Source: Eledone cirrhosa (lineage: Eukaryota). Taken from it: DNA of 64,000 bases. The position numbers and the translations under genes were made by a program. The notes under the pieces were generated by a model. The model saw nothing but the letters and a program-made list of their open reading frames with translations. It did not search any database and was not told the origin of the DNA. The stretch is from NCBI GenBank assembly GCA_964016885.1, contig OZ024740.1, positions 149,978,001 to 150,042,000 of the forward strand. The letters are read 5' to 3'. Positions 1-13,100 of the stretch are shown one piece after another (positions within the stretch are counted from its first letter, which is position 1; every line of letters starts with the position of its first letter).

Positions 1-34
1 CCAGTAAAACAATAAAAGAAGAAAAGAAACATCT

Positions 35-2350
35 CTTCTTCGCCCACCTATTTTTGAAAGGGTCGTGAGGGAAGAGTCCTTCAACATCCTTCCAGCGGGT
101 CCTGCCAGAAGCAACCGTCTCCAAATGATCTGGCTGGATCCCCAAGAGAGACCAGCCAAGCTCATGGATGTTATCCAACCATCTTGCTCGGGGTCAATTC
201 CTGTATCTCCTGTTGGTTGGTTTCGCTCGTAAAATCTGTCCAGCGATTCTTTCCTGAGACATTCTAACCACATGCCCCTAGTATCGGAGCTGTGATCTCT
301 TAATTCGGAGAAGTAGCGGCTCTACCTGGAGTGACTCGCTGATCTCTGAGATATGCACTCTATCGAGTAACGTTACTCCAGAGACCCTTCGGGAGAACCC
401 CATTTCGGCTGCTTGTATTCGCGATCGTATTCTTTCGGTCATTACCCAAAATTCATGACCATAGGTAAAGATTGGCCAAAATACCGAATTGAAGATAGCG
501 AGTTTAGCTTTTACACCTACACCTCTTCTTCTGATTACCGAATGCTGGATCTTGCGCATTACTTTACCCGCTCCTGCGATTCTTGCACTTACTTCAGTCT
601 TCTACTTTTCATCACCCGTGTATTCGGCCCCGAGAAACTTGAACTTCTCTACATCCTTTAGTGGATTTCCATTCGAGTGCAGAGTCACTGCGCAGGCTTT
701 ATTGACATGCTGAAAGTCGGAGATCACTTTCTGTGTCGAGTTAAGTAACATCATGCCGTCGGCAAATTCCAGCTGACATATTTTACACCCACCAATCGTG
801 ATATCACATCCAACCCGGCTGCCCATGTCAATCCTGTTCATGAATGTAATGAACAGGAGAGGTGACAGTACGCTCCCTTGGCGGAGTCCAATTCCCACAT
901 TGAATGATTTCAATTTAGCACCATTTACCCGAACACAAATACTCGGGTATTCGTATAGAGACATCAGGGCAACAAGAAGCTGACCGTCGATCCCATACTC
1001 CTGCACAACCTTCCACAGCAGATCCCGAGGAACGTGGTGATATGTATTTTCAAGATCTACAAAACAAGTATATACCTCTCAGCAATACTCCCACGATTTC
1101 TCGAAGACCTACCGAAGTATGAATATTTGGTCGGCTGTGCTGCGCCGAAAGCCACACTGTTCATCAGCTAGCTTCAGCTTGACAATCGCCCTGCATCTCT
1201 TTACCTGGCATTTTACATAGATTTTACCGAGGAGGCATAACAAGGAGATCTCCCTGTAATTAGAATAATCTTTCTCGTCTGCCTGTTTGAAAATTGGGAT
1301 TACCACTCCCTATTGCCATTGCTTAGGTACCTTTCCAGAGATCCAGGCCACCCGGAATACACGAGTCAGCCAGAGATTACCTTATCTATTTAAGGCCTTT
1401 AGCATCTCGGGCCGAATTTTATCTTCCCCAGTGGCCTTACCACATTTTAGCCCTTTAACTGCTCTAATAACCTCAACCTTTGAGAGATTGATCACCGCTT
1501 CCAAATGCACCTCATGTACATCAGAAGATGCTGTTGTGATCGGATTTAGGAAATCAGCAAGGTATTTTCTTTCCACCTACTGAGGATGCACCTCCATGAA
1601 ATGAGAAGAACCTCATGCACGTTGCTGATAGTAGGTGTGGAGGAAGACTTCTTATTACGAAGTCGGTGAATGGTCTGCCAAAACACTATTTACCTACTTA
1701 AAGATGGATTCCAGCTTAACCCCAAAGTCGTCCAATGTCTTAACTTTGGACGCCTTTACTGACTCTGCAGCGATTCTTGGTGCCTCTTTGTACCGCAAGA
1801 ACAAGAAGGAGGATTTATTTCCAAACCAAGCTTTGTAGGGTCCCATCTTTGCTCGAATGTCATCTTTGACCTTTTGATTGAAGCAAAGGGTCCTCACGCC
1901 ATCTGGCGTCACACAAAGCTTCTTTTGGCCACAGCATTTAACAGCTGAAGCAGAAACTGCTGAGCTAAACAATCCCCACTCTGTCTCAGCGTCCTCAGTT
2001 TGCTCAGGGAGTTTTCTGAATTTGGAGGCAATATTATCTACATACCTGGACCTGACTTCCTTATCCAACAACGCTTCCCACTGTATCCTGTAGGTCGCCC
2101 TGAACCTGCCAGTCTTGTTGGCTTTTTTTGTTTTAATTAGTCTCAAGCTGCAGATAACTAGATATTGATCAGGTGACAGCTCAACCCCTTTCTTATCACG
2201 AACATCCAGCACAGAATCGAAGAGATCAGAGATAGTAACAAAATCAATTATTGATCTCAGTCCCTGATTCCCCTTATACCATGAATATTTATGGATATCT
2301 CTGCGCCGGAAGATGGTATTTTTAATTGAGAGTCCTTTGCTAAAACAGAA
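35..2350 (-). mobile_element. Decayed RTE-clade (Rex3/Expander-like) non-LTR retrotransposon, 5'-truncated within the APE endonuclease
   Basis: Collinear frameshifted ORFs: EN C-part (RSIIDFV, 1694-2380), KATGEDKIRPEMLK, NYREISLL/QCGFR, GLRQGSVLSPLLF and LEFADG, then KAKLAIFNSVFWPIFTYGHEFWVMTERIRSRIQAAEM. Confidence 0.9.
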
Positions 2351-2674
2351 ATATAATAAGTCTAATAAGAAAAGAAACATAAAAACTTTATTTTGTCGGT
2401 TTATTTTTTAGTTTTTCTTACTTGTTTATTTCTTTTACCTTTTTGTCGCGAAAGTATTGAGTGTTACTAGCTCTTTTCAGGACCCCCGTCACTGTTTGGA
2501 GAAACGAAGGTATCCTCAAAACCGTGACACGGTCAGAATACATGCAACAAAATGAAATAGGTCAAAGGCACCTAAATGCACAGTAGTGGTGTTATCCTGA
2601 ACGACAAATTAATCTACCTTTCAAGTGGACCAAATACAACACTGTATCGCATTGGATGCTCTAACAATTTACTA

Positions 2675-2775
2675 CCTTCAGCCTGTGCTTTATTTCATCT
2701 ACCTCGAATTAATGAAAGACAAAGATAACTTCAAAGGAATTCGAAGTCATAACACAGAAAGTGAGAATAAATAAC
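2675..2775 (-). mobile_element. Old SINE fragment (same type as 41544-41732)
   Basis: tttatttcatctacctcgaattaatgaaagacaaagataacttc..ggaattcgaa resembles the core and B-box region of the intact SINE at 41.6 kb. Confidence 0.5.
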
Positions 2776-3526
2776 GCAATAGACCGCAAATCTTTTAAAT
2801 GATGACCCACCCTACTACGTCTCAGTTCCTATTAACGTCATTGACGGTGTAATAAATCCCCGAAAATTGTTTACAATATCTTATTCAGCAATTTAAAAAT
2901 ATGTCGTTAATATTTTCCTCACTAGATGTTCACTCTTTCAGTCAAATTTTCAAAGAATCAGAACAAATACACAAATTCACTGTTATTAGTTTCTTGTTTA
3001 CGTCTCTACTATCGGTAAACATGTCTGTTAATGATTAGTTTGATTTGGAAGTTTTTTTTTGTTTTTTTTAATGTTGCTTTAATATTAAATACGCAGCATT
3101 AGTTTTTATTCAAGATGACGTATAGAGATTCAAGTATAGATTGTACAAAACTTGAAATTAGTTATGAAATGGAAAACGAAATGCAATAAAAAATATACCT
3201 GCACATACACAAAGACAAAGGAGCACAGTTTCCTTCGGATATTCGCTATAATTACTGGGTACAACAGAGATTTTTCGTTTGTTAAAATAATAATACCGTT
3301 GGCTCAATTTTTTCCTCCTATCATTTAACAAATAATAGGAAATAGTAGCCAAATTTATTTGTTTTAATACCGAAAGAAACTATTGCTTATAAAAGTGAAG
3401 CTACCTTTATCACGGAAATATTTGGTGATCATTTTTCCTCCGATTATTTGTTAATTAGTAAGAGGCTTTTTAACGGAGTACGCGTATTTATTTATAGAAC
3501 ATGATCAGTAGGATCGTTTTATATTT

Positions 3527-5502
3527 CTCTGTCTGTCTGTCCGACAGTGGAAACACGTGCGTAGAAAGAGAGTGAGAGTGAAAGAAAGAGACAGACCTCG
3601 AGAGAGGGATAGCGGGAGGGAGAGAGAGAGAGTGAATAGACGCTAAAACACGTGCTACAGAAACATTACCTTCCCCTCTCCACTGACTTTGGTGACTGAG
3701 GACGAGGGAATCGTGCTGAGCGCGTCATAATGACGTAATGCAGACAGCCAGAGATACAGACAGATATTATAAGGGCGCAACGTTATATCTATGTATCTAT
3801 CTAAAAAGAAAGACTAAGAATTATATAGAGAGAACGCTAAATCGCCTAATGCGGTCCCTAGGGCATTGAAAATTTGAAATAATTTTTGCTCAAAACACTC
3901 ACAGGACCATAAGTATTACATGTCTAAAGTTTGAAAACAATCGGTTGGGTGGTTCTCAAGTTTTAGTGACCTGACAGACAGACAGACATTCTCTGTTTTA
4001 GATATATAGACTAGCTGAAACCCCCCCCCCCCCCCGAGTGGTTTTCTGCTAGTCTATATATATAAAACAGAGGATGTCTGTCTGTGTGTCTGTTTCCCTA
4101 AAACTCGAGAAGTACCCAACCGTTTTTTTTCAAACTTTACACATGTAACCCGTATGGCCCCGGAAGTGTTTGGAGCAAAAAAGAATTTCAAATTATTCTG
4201 ACCTAGGGATCAAATTAGTGAAGTGGCCAATGTCTGTACATAATGAGGGAGTGAGAGGGGAGAGAAAGAAACGGAGAGGCGAAATGAAGAAGTGGCTCTC
4301 TACTCCTCCTCTTCCTTCTCCCCATTCGTCACAGCGTTTTTCGATGGAGGGGAGAAATGTGAACGAGTTACAGAGAGAAAGAGTGAGAGTGAAAGAAACA
4401 GACAGACTAAAAGAGGGGGGTAGTGGGAGAGAGAGGGAGAGAGACGCTGGAAGAAGGGAAGGAAAGCTATATCTCTTGCTGTCTGCATTATGATACATAT
4501 ATACATACTCACACACTGATCGCGTCATAATGACGTAATGCAGACAGTCAGACATACAGACAGATATTATAAGGGCGCAACGTTATATCTATGTATCTAT
4601 CTAAAAAGAAAGACTAAGAATTATAGAGAGAGATCGCTAAATCGCCTAATGCGGTCCCTAGGGCATTGAAAATTTGAAATATTTTTTGCTCAAAACACTC
4701 ATAGGACCATAAATATTGCATGTGTAAAGTTTGAAAACAATCGGTTGGGTGGTTCTCAAGTTTTAGTGAGCTGACAGACAGACATTCTCTGTTTTAGATA
4801 TATACATATATATATAATTATATATTCGTGTACAGATATTTTTGCACAATAACAAAATATAAATAAAAGTATTTATTTCACGAGGCTCAATAAGGATAAA
4901 TATATATCAAATATATAAGAGCCCTAGAGCAAATCCCGAGTAACGCCGGGCCATTCTGCTAGTCTACTTATATATATAACCACCAATTTCTCTGTGTCTG
5001 TCCGACAGTGGAAACACGTGCGTAGAGAGAGAGTGAGAGTGAAAGAAAGAGACAGACTACGAGAGGGGGATAGCGGGAGGGAGAGAGGGAGAGAGAGAGA
5101 GAGTGAATAGACGCTAAAACACGTGCTACAGAAACATTACCTTCCCCTCTCCACTGACTTTGGTAACTGAGGCCGAGGGAATCGCGCTGAGCGCATCATA
5201 ATGACGTAATGCAGACAGATATTATAAGGGCGCAACGTTATATCTATGTATCTATCTAAAAAGAAAGACTAAGAATTATATAGAGAGAACGCTAAATCGC
5301 CTAATGCGGTCCCTAGGGCATTGAAAATTTGAAATAATCTTTGCTCAAAACACTCACAGGACCGTAAGTATTACATGTCTAAAGTTTGAAAACAATCGGT
5401 TGGATGGTTCTCAAGTTTTAGTGAGCTGACAGACAGACAGACATTCTCTGTTTTAGATATATAGACTAGCAGAAAACCGCCCCCCGTGTGGTTTTCTGCT
5501 AG
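3527..5502 (+). mobile_element. Tandem cluster of non-autonomous Helitron units (~3527-4052, 4053-4962, 4963-5502), each containing an inverted 5' segment
   Basis: Repeated TC(TA)n 5' ends (4053, 4963), hairpin+CTAG 3' ends (CTAG ending 4052, 4962, 5502), and a ~500-bp direct repeat 3527-4010 vs 4990-5465. Confidence 0.75.
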
Positions 5503-6768
5503 TCTATTTATTAATTTGAAGAACGTCAGTATTATGTGTGTCATAATTCTCGATTATCATTGGTTCATAGGTTTCAAACGACTCCGCCCACCTCAACGAC
5601 ACCAAACTGAAAGTAATATACATAATGCCAATGAGGGAGTGAGATGGGAGAGTGTGAACGCTGTGTTCAATAACTATTAACATGTGTGCGTGTGTATGTA
5701 CGTGCGCGTATGTTTATGTGTGTGTGCGTGCGTGCAGCGTTCCACAGAAAGTAAAAACTACCAACATGTGTGAGTGTGTGCGTGTGTAAGTTTGCGTGCG
5801 TGTGCGCGTTTCCATGCGTGTATGTGTGTGGCGTTCCACAATCGCCATGCAGTTTATCTGTCTGTGTGCCTGTCTGTCAGTCTAACATACACAGAGTTGT
5901 GAAGGGAGTAAATAGGGACCTTTCTTTACATTGACGGACATTTTTTATATTTATTATTGTTTCATTTTTTATACACTATGTATATGTGTCAGTGTAGAGA
6001 CTTGTGTGTGTGTGTGTGTGTGTGATGTGTGAGGAAATAACAGGGGAAGGAAAGCCATAATTATTAACACAGAGTTGTGAAGGGAGTAAATAGGGATATT
6101 TCTTTACATTGACGGATATCGTTTATATTTATTATTGTGTCATTTTTTGACAATTGCTTGAAATGAACACTGATAATAAAAGCAATTCGCTTTATCAAAC
6201 AGTGAACTACAGCGGCGACGGCGTGCAGCCAGCAATGAAGAAAAACGGGCCGAGCAGCGCCATCGGAACGCCGAACTTCAGAGGCGAAGACGAGCCGCCA
6301 TGAATGAAGAGGGGCTGGCTGATCAACGCCAACGAAACACTGGAGCCAAGCAGCGACGGCGTGCTGCGATGGTTGAAGACGAACTGGCTGAGATTCATCA
6401 GCAGATGGCCAGAATTCAGCAGCAACGGCGTGCTGCGATGGATGAAGAAGAGCTGGCTCAACAGCGCCAGCGCAATACAGAAGTTCAGAGTATGTGTCGC
6501 CAAAGTGCTCCTCATTCCAGTAAAGAGGTTAGAAGGCGAACGAATGATATTAAAAATGGATTATAGGAACCGTGTCATTTTCAGATTGGTGGACGAACAG
6601 AGTGTCCACATTGTGGAGCATTGCTTTGGAGGCACGAAAAGACGTGGGCCACAATGTGCTGTCATAAAAGAGCAGTTCAACTAGAATCCTTGCGAATGCC
6701 GGGTGATGAGGAGTAACGGGAGTTTAAAATACTAAGTATGTGAGGTGATCAAGGAGACCGAGGTAGAT
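5503..6768 (+). mobile_element. 5' part of an autonomous Helitron: 5' end plus RepHel N-terminus (Arg/Gln-rich repeats, CxxC...CC zinc-finger region)
   Basis: Starts TC immediately after CTAG. ORF 6300-6566 has QRRRAAM-EEELA repeats, then after a TAG continues in frame as ECPHCGALLWRHEK..MCCHKRAVQL, the same segment that begins the Rep-Hel region at 26.3 kb. Confidence 0.75.
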
Positions 6769-6976
<208 letters not shown>

Positions 6977-7098
6977 ATGAAAGGATTAAAAAGGAGATTA
7001 TAGACCGTTAGAACATGTCTATACAAAAGCACCTACGTACGTTTCGCCGGAAAGGGGCTTCTCAAGGGCATACAAATCTAGAGAGTGTTCAGTACAGA
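6977..7098 (-). repeat. Left arm of a 122-bp inverted repeat (PLE pseudo-LTR-like) flanking the satellite; contains one satellite unit and an HHR
   Basis: Reverse complement matches 25946-26067 with about 4-5 differences. Confidence 0.92.
7029..7070 (-). ncRNA. Minimal type I hammerhead ribozyme, U3-A8 core variant, GUA cleavage site
   Basis: Minus strand reads UGCCC-UUGAGAA-GCC(CCUUUCC)GGC-GAAA-CGUACG-UA-GGUGC; palindromic helix III, short imperfect helix I. Confidence 0.7.
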
Positions 7099-7166
7099 AC
7101 TCAGAAGGGGTTTTAAGATGATAATCACATCAAAATTCATTCTTGATTCAAACAGTCATGTCTGTT

Positions 7167-10100
7167 TGAACACTCTGTACTGAACACTCTCTGTACTGAA
7201 CACTCTCTGTACTGAACACTCTCTGTACTGAACACTCTCTGTACTGAACACTCTCTGTACTGAACACACTATGTACTGAACACTCTCTGTACTGAACACT
7301 CTCTGTACTGAACACTCTCTGTACTGAACACTCTCTGTACTGAACACTCTCTGTACTGAACACTCTGTACTGAACACTCTCTGTACTGAACACACTCTGT
7401 ACTGAACACTCTCTGTACAGAACACTTTCTGTACTGAACACTCTCTGTACTGAACACTCTCTGTACTGAACACTCTGTACTGAACACTCTCTGTACTGAA
7501 CACACTCTGTACTGAACACACTCTGTACTGAACACTTTCTGTACTGAACACACTCTGTACTGAACACTCTCTGTACTGAACACACTCTGTACTGAACACA
7601 CTCTGTACTGAACACACTCTGTACTGAACACACTCTGTACTGAACGCTCTCTGTACTGAACACACTCTGTACTGAACACTCTCTGTACTGAACACACTCT
7701 GTACTGAACACACTCTGTACTGAAAACTCTCTGTACTGAACACACTATGTACTGAACACTCTCTGTACTGAACACTCTCTGTACTGAACACTCTCTGTAC
7801 TGAACACTCTCTGTACTGAACACACTCTGTACTGAACACTCTGTACTGAACACTCTCTGTACTGAACACTCTCTGTACTGAACACTCTCTGTACTGAATA
7901 CTCTTTGTACTGAACACTCTCTGTACTGAACACTCTCTGTACTGAACACTCTCTGTACTGAACACTCGCTGTACTGAACACTCTCTGTACAGAACACTCT
8001 CTGTACTGAACACTCTCTGTACTGAACACTCTCTGTACTGAACACTCTCTGTACTGAACACACTCTGTACTGAACACTCTGTACTGAACACTCTGTACTG
8101 AACACTCTCTGTACTGAACACTCTCTGTACTGAACACTCTGTACTGAACACTCTCTGTACTGAACACTCTGTACTGAACACTCCCTGTACTGAACACTCT
8201 GTACTGAACACTCTCTGTATTGAAAACTCTCTGTACTGAACACTCTCTGTACTGAACACTCTCTTTACTGAACACTCTCTGTACTGAACACTCTCTGTAC
8301 TGAACACTCTCTGTACTGAACACTCTCTGTACTGAACACACTCTGTACTGAACACTCTCTGTACTGAACACTCTGTACTGAACACTCTCTGTACTGAACA
8401 CACTCTGTACTGAACACTCTGTACTGAACACTCTGTACTGAACACTCTCTGTACTGAACACTCACTGTACTGAACACTCTCTGTACTGAACACTATCTGT
8501 ACTGAACACTCTTTGTACTGAACACTCTCTGTACTGAACACTCTCTGTACTGAACACTCTCTGTACTGAACACTCTCTGTACTGAACACTCTCTGTACAG
8601 AACACTCTCTGTACTGAACACTCTCTGTACTGAACACTCCCTGTACAGAACACTCTCTGTACTGAACACTCTGTACTGAACACTCTCTGTACTGAACACT
8701 CTCTGTACTGAACACTCTGTACTGAACACTCTCTGTACTGAACACTCTGTACTGAACACTCTCTGTACTGAACACTCTCTGTACTGAACACTCTCTGTAT
8801 TGAACACTCTCTGTACTGAACACTCTGTACTGAACACTCTCTGTACAGAACACTCTCTGTACTGAACACTCTCTGTACTGAACACTCTCTGTACTGAACA
8901 CTCTCTGTACTGAACACTCTCTGTACTGAACACACTATGTACTGAACACTCTCTGTACTGAACACTCTCTGTACTGAACACACTCTGTACTGAACACTCT
9001 CTGTGCTGAACACTCTGTACTGAACACTCTCTGTAATGAACACTCTCTGTACTGAACACACTCTGTACTGAACACTCTCTGTACTGAACACTCTGTACTG
9101 AACACTCTCTGTACTGAACACTCTCTGTACTGAACACTCTCTGTACTAAACACTCTCTGTACTGAACACTCTGTACTGAACACTCTCTGTACAGAACACT
9201 CTCTGTACTAAACACTCTCTGTACTGAACACTCTCTATACTGAACACTCTCTCTACTGAACACTCTGTACTGAACACTCTCTGTACTGAACACTCTCTGT
9301 ACTGAACACTCTCTGTACTGAACACTCTCTGTACTGAACACTCTGTACTGAACACTCTCTGTACTGAACACTCTCTGTACTGAACATTCTCTGTACTGAA
9401 CACTCTCTGTACTGAACACTCTCTGTACTGAACACTCTCTGTACTGAACACTCTCTGTACTGAACACTCTCTGTACTGAACACTCTGTACTGAACACTCT
9501 CTGTACTGAACACTCTCTGTACTGAACACTCTGTACTGAACACTCTCTGTACTGAACACTCTCTGTACTGAACACTCTCTGTACTGAACACTCTCTGTAC
9601 TGAACACTCTCTGTACTGAATACTCTTTGTACTGAACACTCTCTGTACTGAACACTCTCTGTACTGAACACTCTCTGTACTGAACACTCTCTGTACTGAA
9701 CACTCTCTGTACAGAACACTCTCTGTACTGAACACTCTCTGTACTGAACACTCTCTGTACTGAACACTCTCTGTACTGAACACACTCTGTACTGAACACT
9801 CTGTACTGAACACTCTGTACTGAACACTCTCTGTACTGAACACTCTCTGTACTGAACACTCTGTACTGAACACTCTATGTACTGAACACTCTGTACTGAA
9901 CACTCCCTGTACTGAACACTCTGTACTGAACACTCTCTGTATTGAACACTCTCTGTACTGAACACTCTCTGTACTGAACACTCTCTTTACTGAACACTCT
10001 CTGTACTGAACACTCTCTGTACTGAACACTCTCTGTACTGAACACTCTCTGTACTGAACACACTCTGTACTGAACACTCTCTGTACTGAACACTCTGTAC

Positions 10101-13100
10101 TGAACACTCTCTGTACTGAACACACTCTGTACTGAACACACTCTGTACTGAACACTCTCTGTACTGAACACTCTCTGTACTGAACGCTCTGTACTGAACA
10201 CTCTCTGTACTGAACACTCTCTGTACTGAACACTCTCTGTACTGAACACTCTCTGTACTGAACACTCTCTGTACTGAACACTCTCTGTACTGAACACTCT
10301 CTGTACTGAATACTCTCTGTACAGAACACTCTCTGTACTGAACACTCTCTGTACTGAACACTCTCTGTACAGTACACTCTCTGTACAGAACACTCTCTGT
10401 ACTGAACACTCTCTGTACTGAACACTCTCTGTACTGAACACTCTCTGTACAGAACACTCTCTGTACTGAACACTATCTGTACTGAACACTCTCTGTACTG
10501 AACACTCTCTGTACTGAACACTCTCTGTACTGAACACTCTGTACTGAACACTCTGTACTGAACACTCTCTGTACTGAACACTCTCTGTACTGAACTCTCT
10601 CTGTACTGAACACTCTGTACTGAACACTCTCTGTACTGAACACTCTTTGTACTGAACACTCTCTGTACTGAACACTCTCTGTACTGAACACTCTGTACTG
10701 AACACTCTCTGTACTGAACACTCTATGTACTGAACACTCTCTGTACTGAACACTCTCTGTACTGAACACTCTGTACTGAACACACTCTGTACTGAACACT
10801 CTCTGTACTGAACACTCTCTGTACTGAACACTCTCTGTACTGAACACTCTGTACTGAACACTCTCTGTACTGAACACTCTCTGTACTGAACACTCTCTGT
10901 ACAGAACACTCTCTGTACTGAACACTCTCTGTACTGAACACTCTCTGTACTGAACACTCTGTACTGAACACTCTCTGTACTGAACACTCTCTGTACTGAA
11001 CACTCTCTGTACTGAACACTCTCTGTACTGAACACTCTGTACTGAACACTCGCTGTACTGAACACTCTCTGTACTGAACACTCTCTGTACTGAACACTCT
11101 CTGTACTGAACACTCTGTACTGAACACTCTGTACTGAACACTCTCTGTACTGAACACTCTCTGTACTGAACTCTCTCTGTACTGAATACTCTGTACTGAA
11201 CACTCTCTGTACTGAACACTCTTTGTACTGAACATTCTCTGTACTGAACACTCTCTGTACTGAACACTCTCTGTACTGAACACTCTCTGTACTGAACACT
11301 CTGTACTGAACACTCTCTGTACTGAACACTCTCTGTACTGAACACTCTCTGTACTGAACACTCTCTGTACTGAACACTCTCTGTACTGAACACTCTGTAC
11401 TGAACACTCTCTGTACTGAACACTCTCTGTACTGAACACTCTCTGTACTGAACACTCTCTGTACTGAACACTCTGTACTGAACACTCTCTGTACTGAACA
11501 CTCTCTGTACTGAACACTCTCTGTACAGAACACTCTCTGTACTGAACACTCTCTGTACTGAACACTCTCTGTACTGAACACTCTGTACTGAACACTCTCT
11601 GTACTGAACACTCTCTGTACTGAACACTCTCTGTACTGAACACTCTCTGTTCTGAACACTCTCTGTACTGAACACTCTTTACTGAACACTTTCTGTACTG
11701 AACACTCTCTGTACTGAACACTCTCTGTACTGAACACTCTCTGTACTGAACACTCTGTACTGAACACTCTCTGTACTGAACACTCTCTGTACAGAACACT
11801 CTCTGTACAGAACACTCTCTGTACTGAACACTCTCTGTACTGAACACTCTCTGTACTGAACAATCTCTGTACTGAACACTCTCTGTACAGAACACTCTCT
11901 GTACTGAACACTCTCTGTACTGAACACTCTCTGTACTGAACACTCTCTGTACTGAACACTCTGTACTGAACACTCTCTGTACAGAACACTCTCTGTACTA
12001 AACACTCTCTGTACTGAACACTCTCTGTACTGAACACTCTCTGTACTGAACACTCTGTACTGAACACTCTCTGTACTGAACACTCTCTGTACTGAACACT
12101 CTCTGTACTGAACACTCTCTGTACTGAACACTCTGTACTGAACACTCTCTGTACTGAACACTCTCTGTACTGAACATTCTCTGTACTGAACACTCTCTGT
12201 ACTGAACACTCTCTGTACTGAACACTCTCTGTACTGAACACTCTCTGTACTGAACACTCTCTGTACTGAACACTCTGTACTGAACACTCTCTGTACTGAA
12301 CACTCTCTGTACTGAACACTCTGTACTGAACACTCTCTGTACTGAACACTCTCTGTACTGAACACTCTCTGTACTGAACACTCTCTGTACTGACCACTCT
12401 CTGTACTGAATACTCTTTGTACTGAACACTCTCTGTACTGAACACTCTCTGTACTGAACACTCTCTGTACTGAACACTCTCTGTACTGAACACTCTCTGT
12501 ACTGAACACTGTCTGTACAGAACACTCTCTGTACTGAACACTCTCTGTACTGAACACTCTCTGTACTGAACACTCTCTGTACTGAACACACTCTGTACTG
12601 AACACTCTGTACTGAACACTCTGTACTGAACACTCTCTGTACTGAACACTCTCTGTACTGAACACTCTGTACTGAACACTCTATGTACTGAACACTCTGT
12701 ACTGAACACTCCCTGTACTGAACACTCTGTACTGAACACTCTCTGTATTGAACACTCTCTGTACTGAACACTCTCTGTACTGAACACTCTCTTTACTGAA
12801 CACTCTCTGTACTGAACACTCTCTGTACTGAACACTCTCTGTACTGAACACTCTCTGTACTGAACACTCTCTGTACTGAACACACTCTGTACTGAACACT
12901 CTCTGTACTGAACACTCTGTACTGAACACTCTCTGTACTGAACACACTCTGTACTGAACACACTCTGTACTGAACACTCTCTGTACTGAACACTCTCTGT
13001 ACTGAACGCTCTGTACTGAACACTCTCTGTACTGAACACTCTCTGTACTGAACACTCTCTGTACTGAACACTCTCTGTACTGAACACTCTCTGTACTGAA

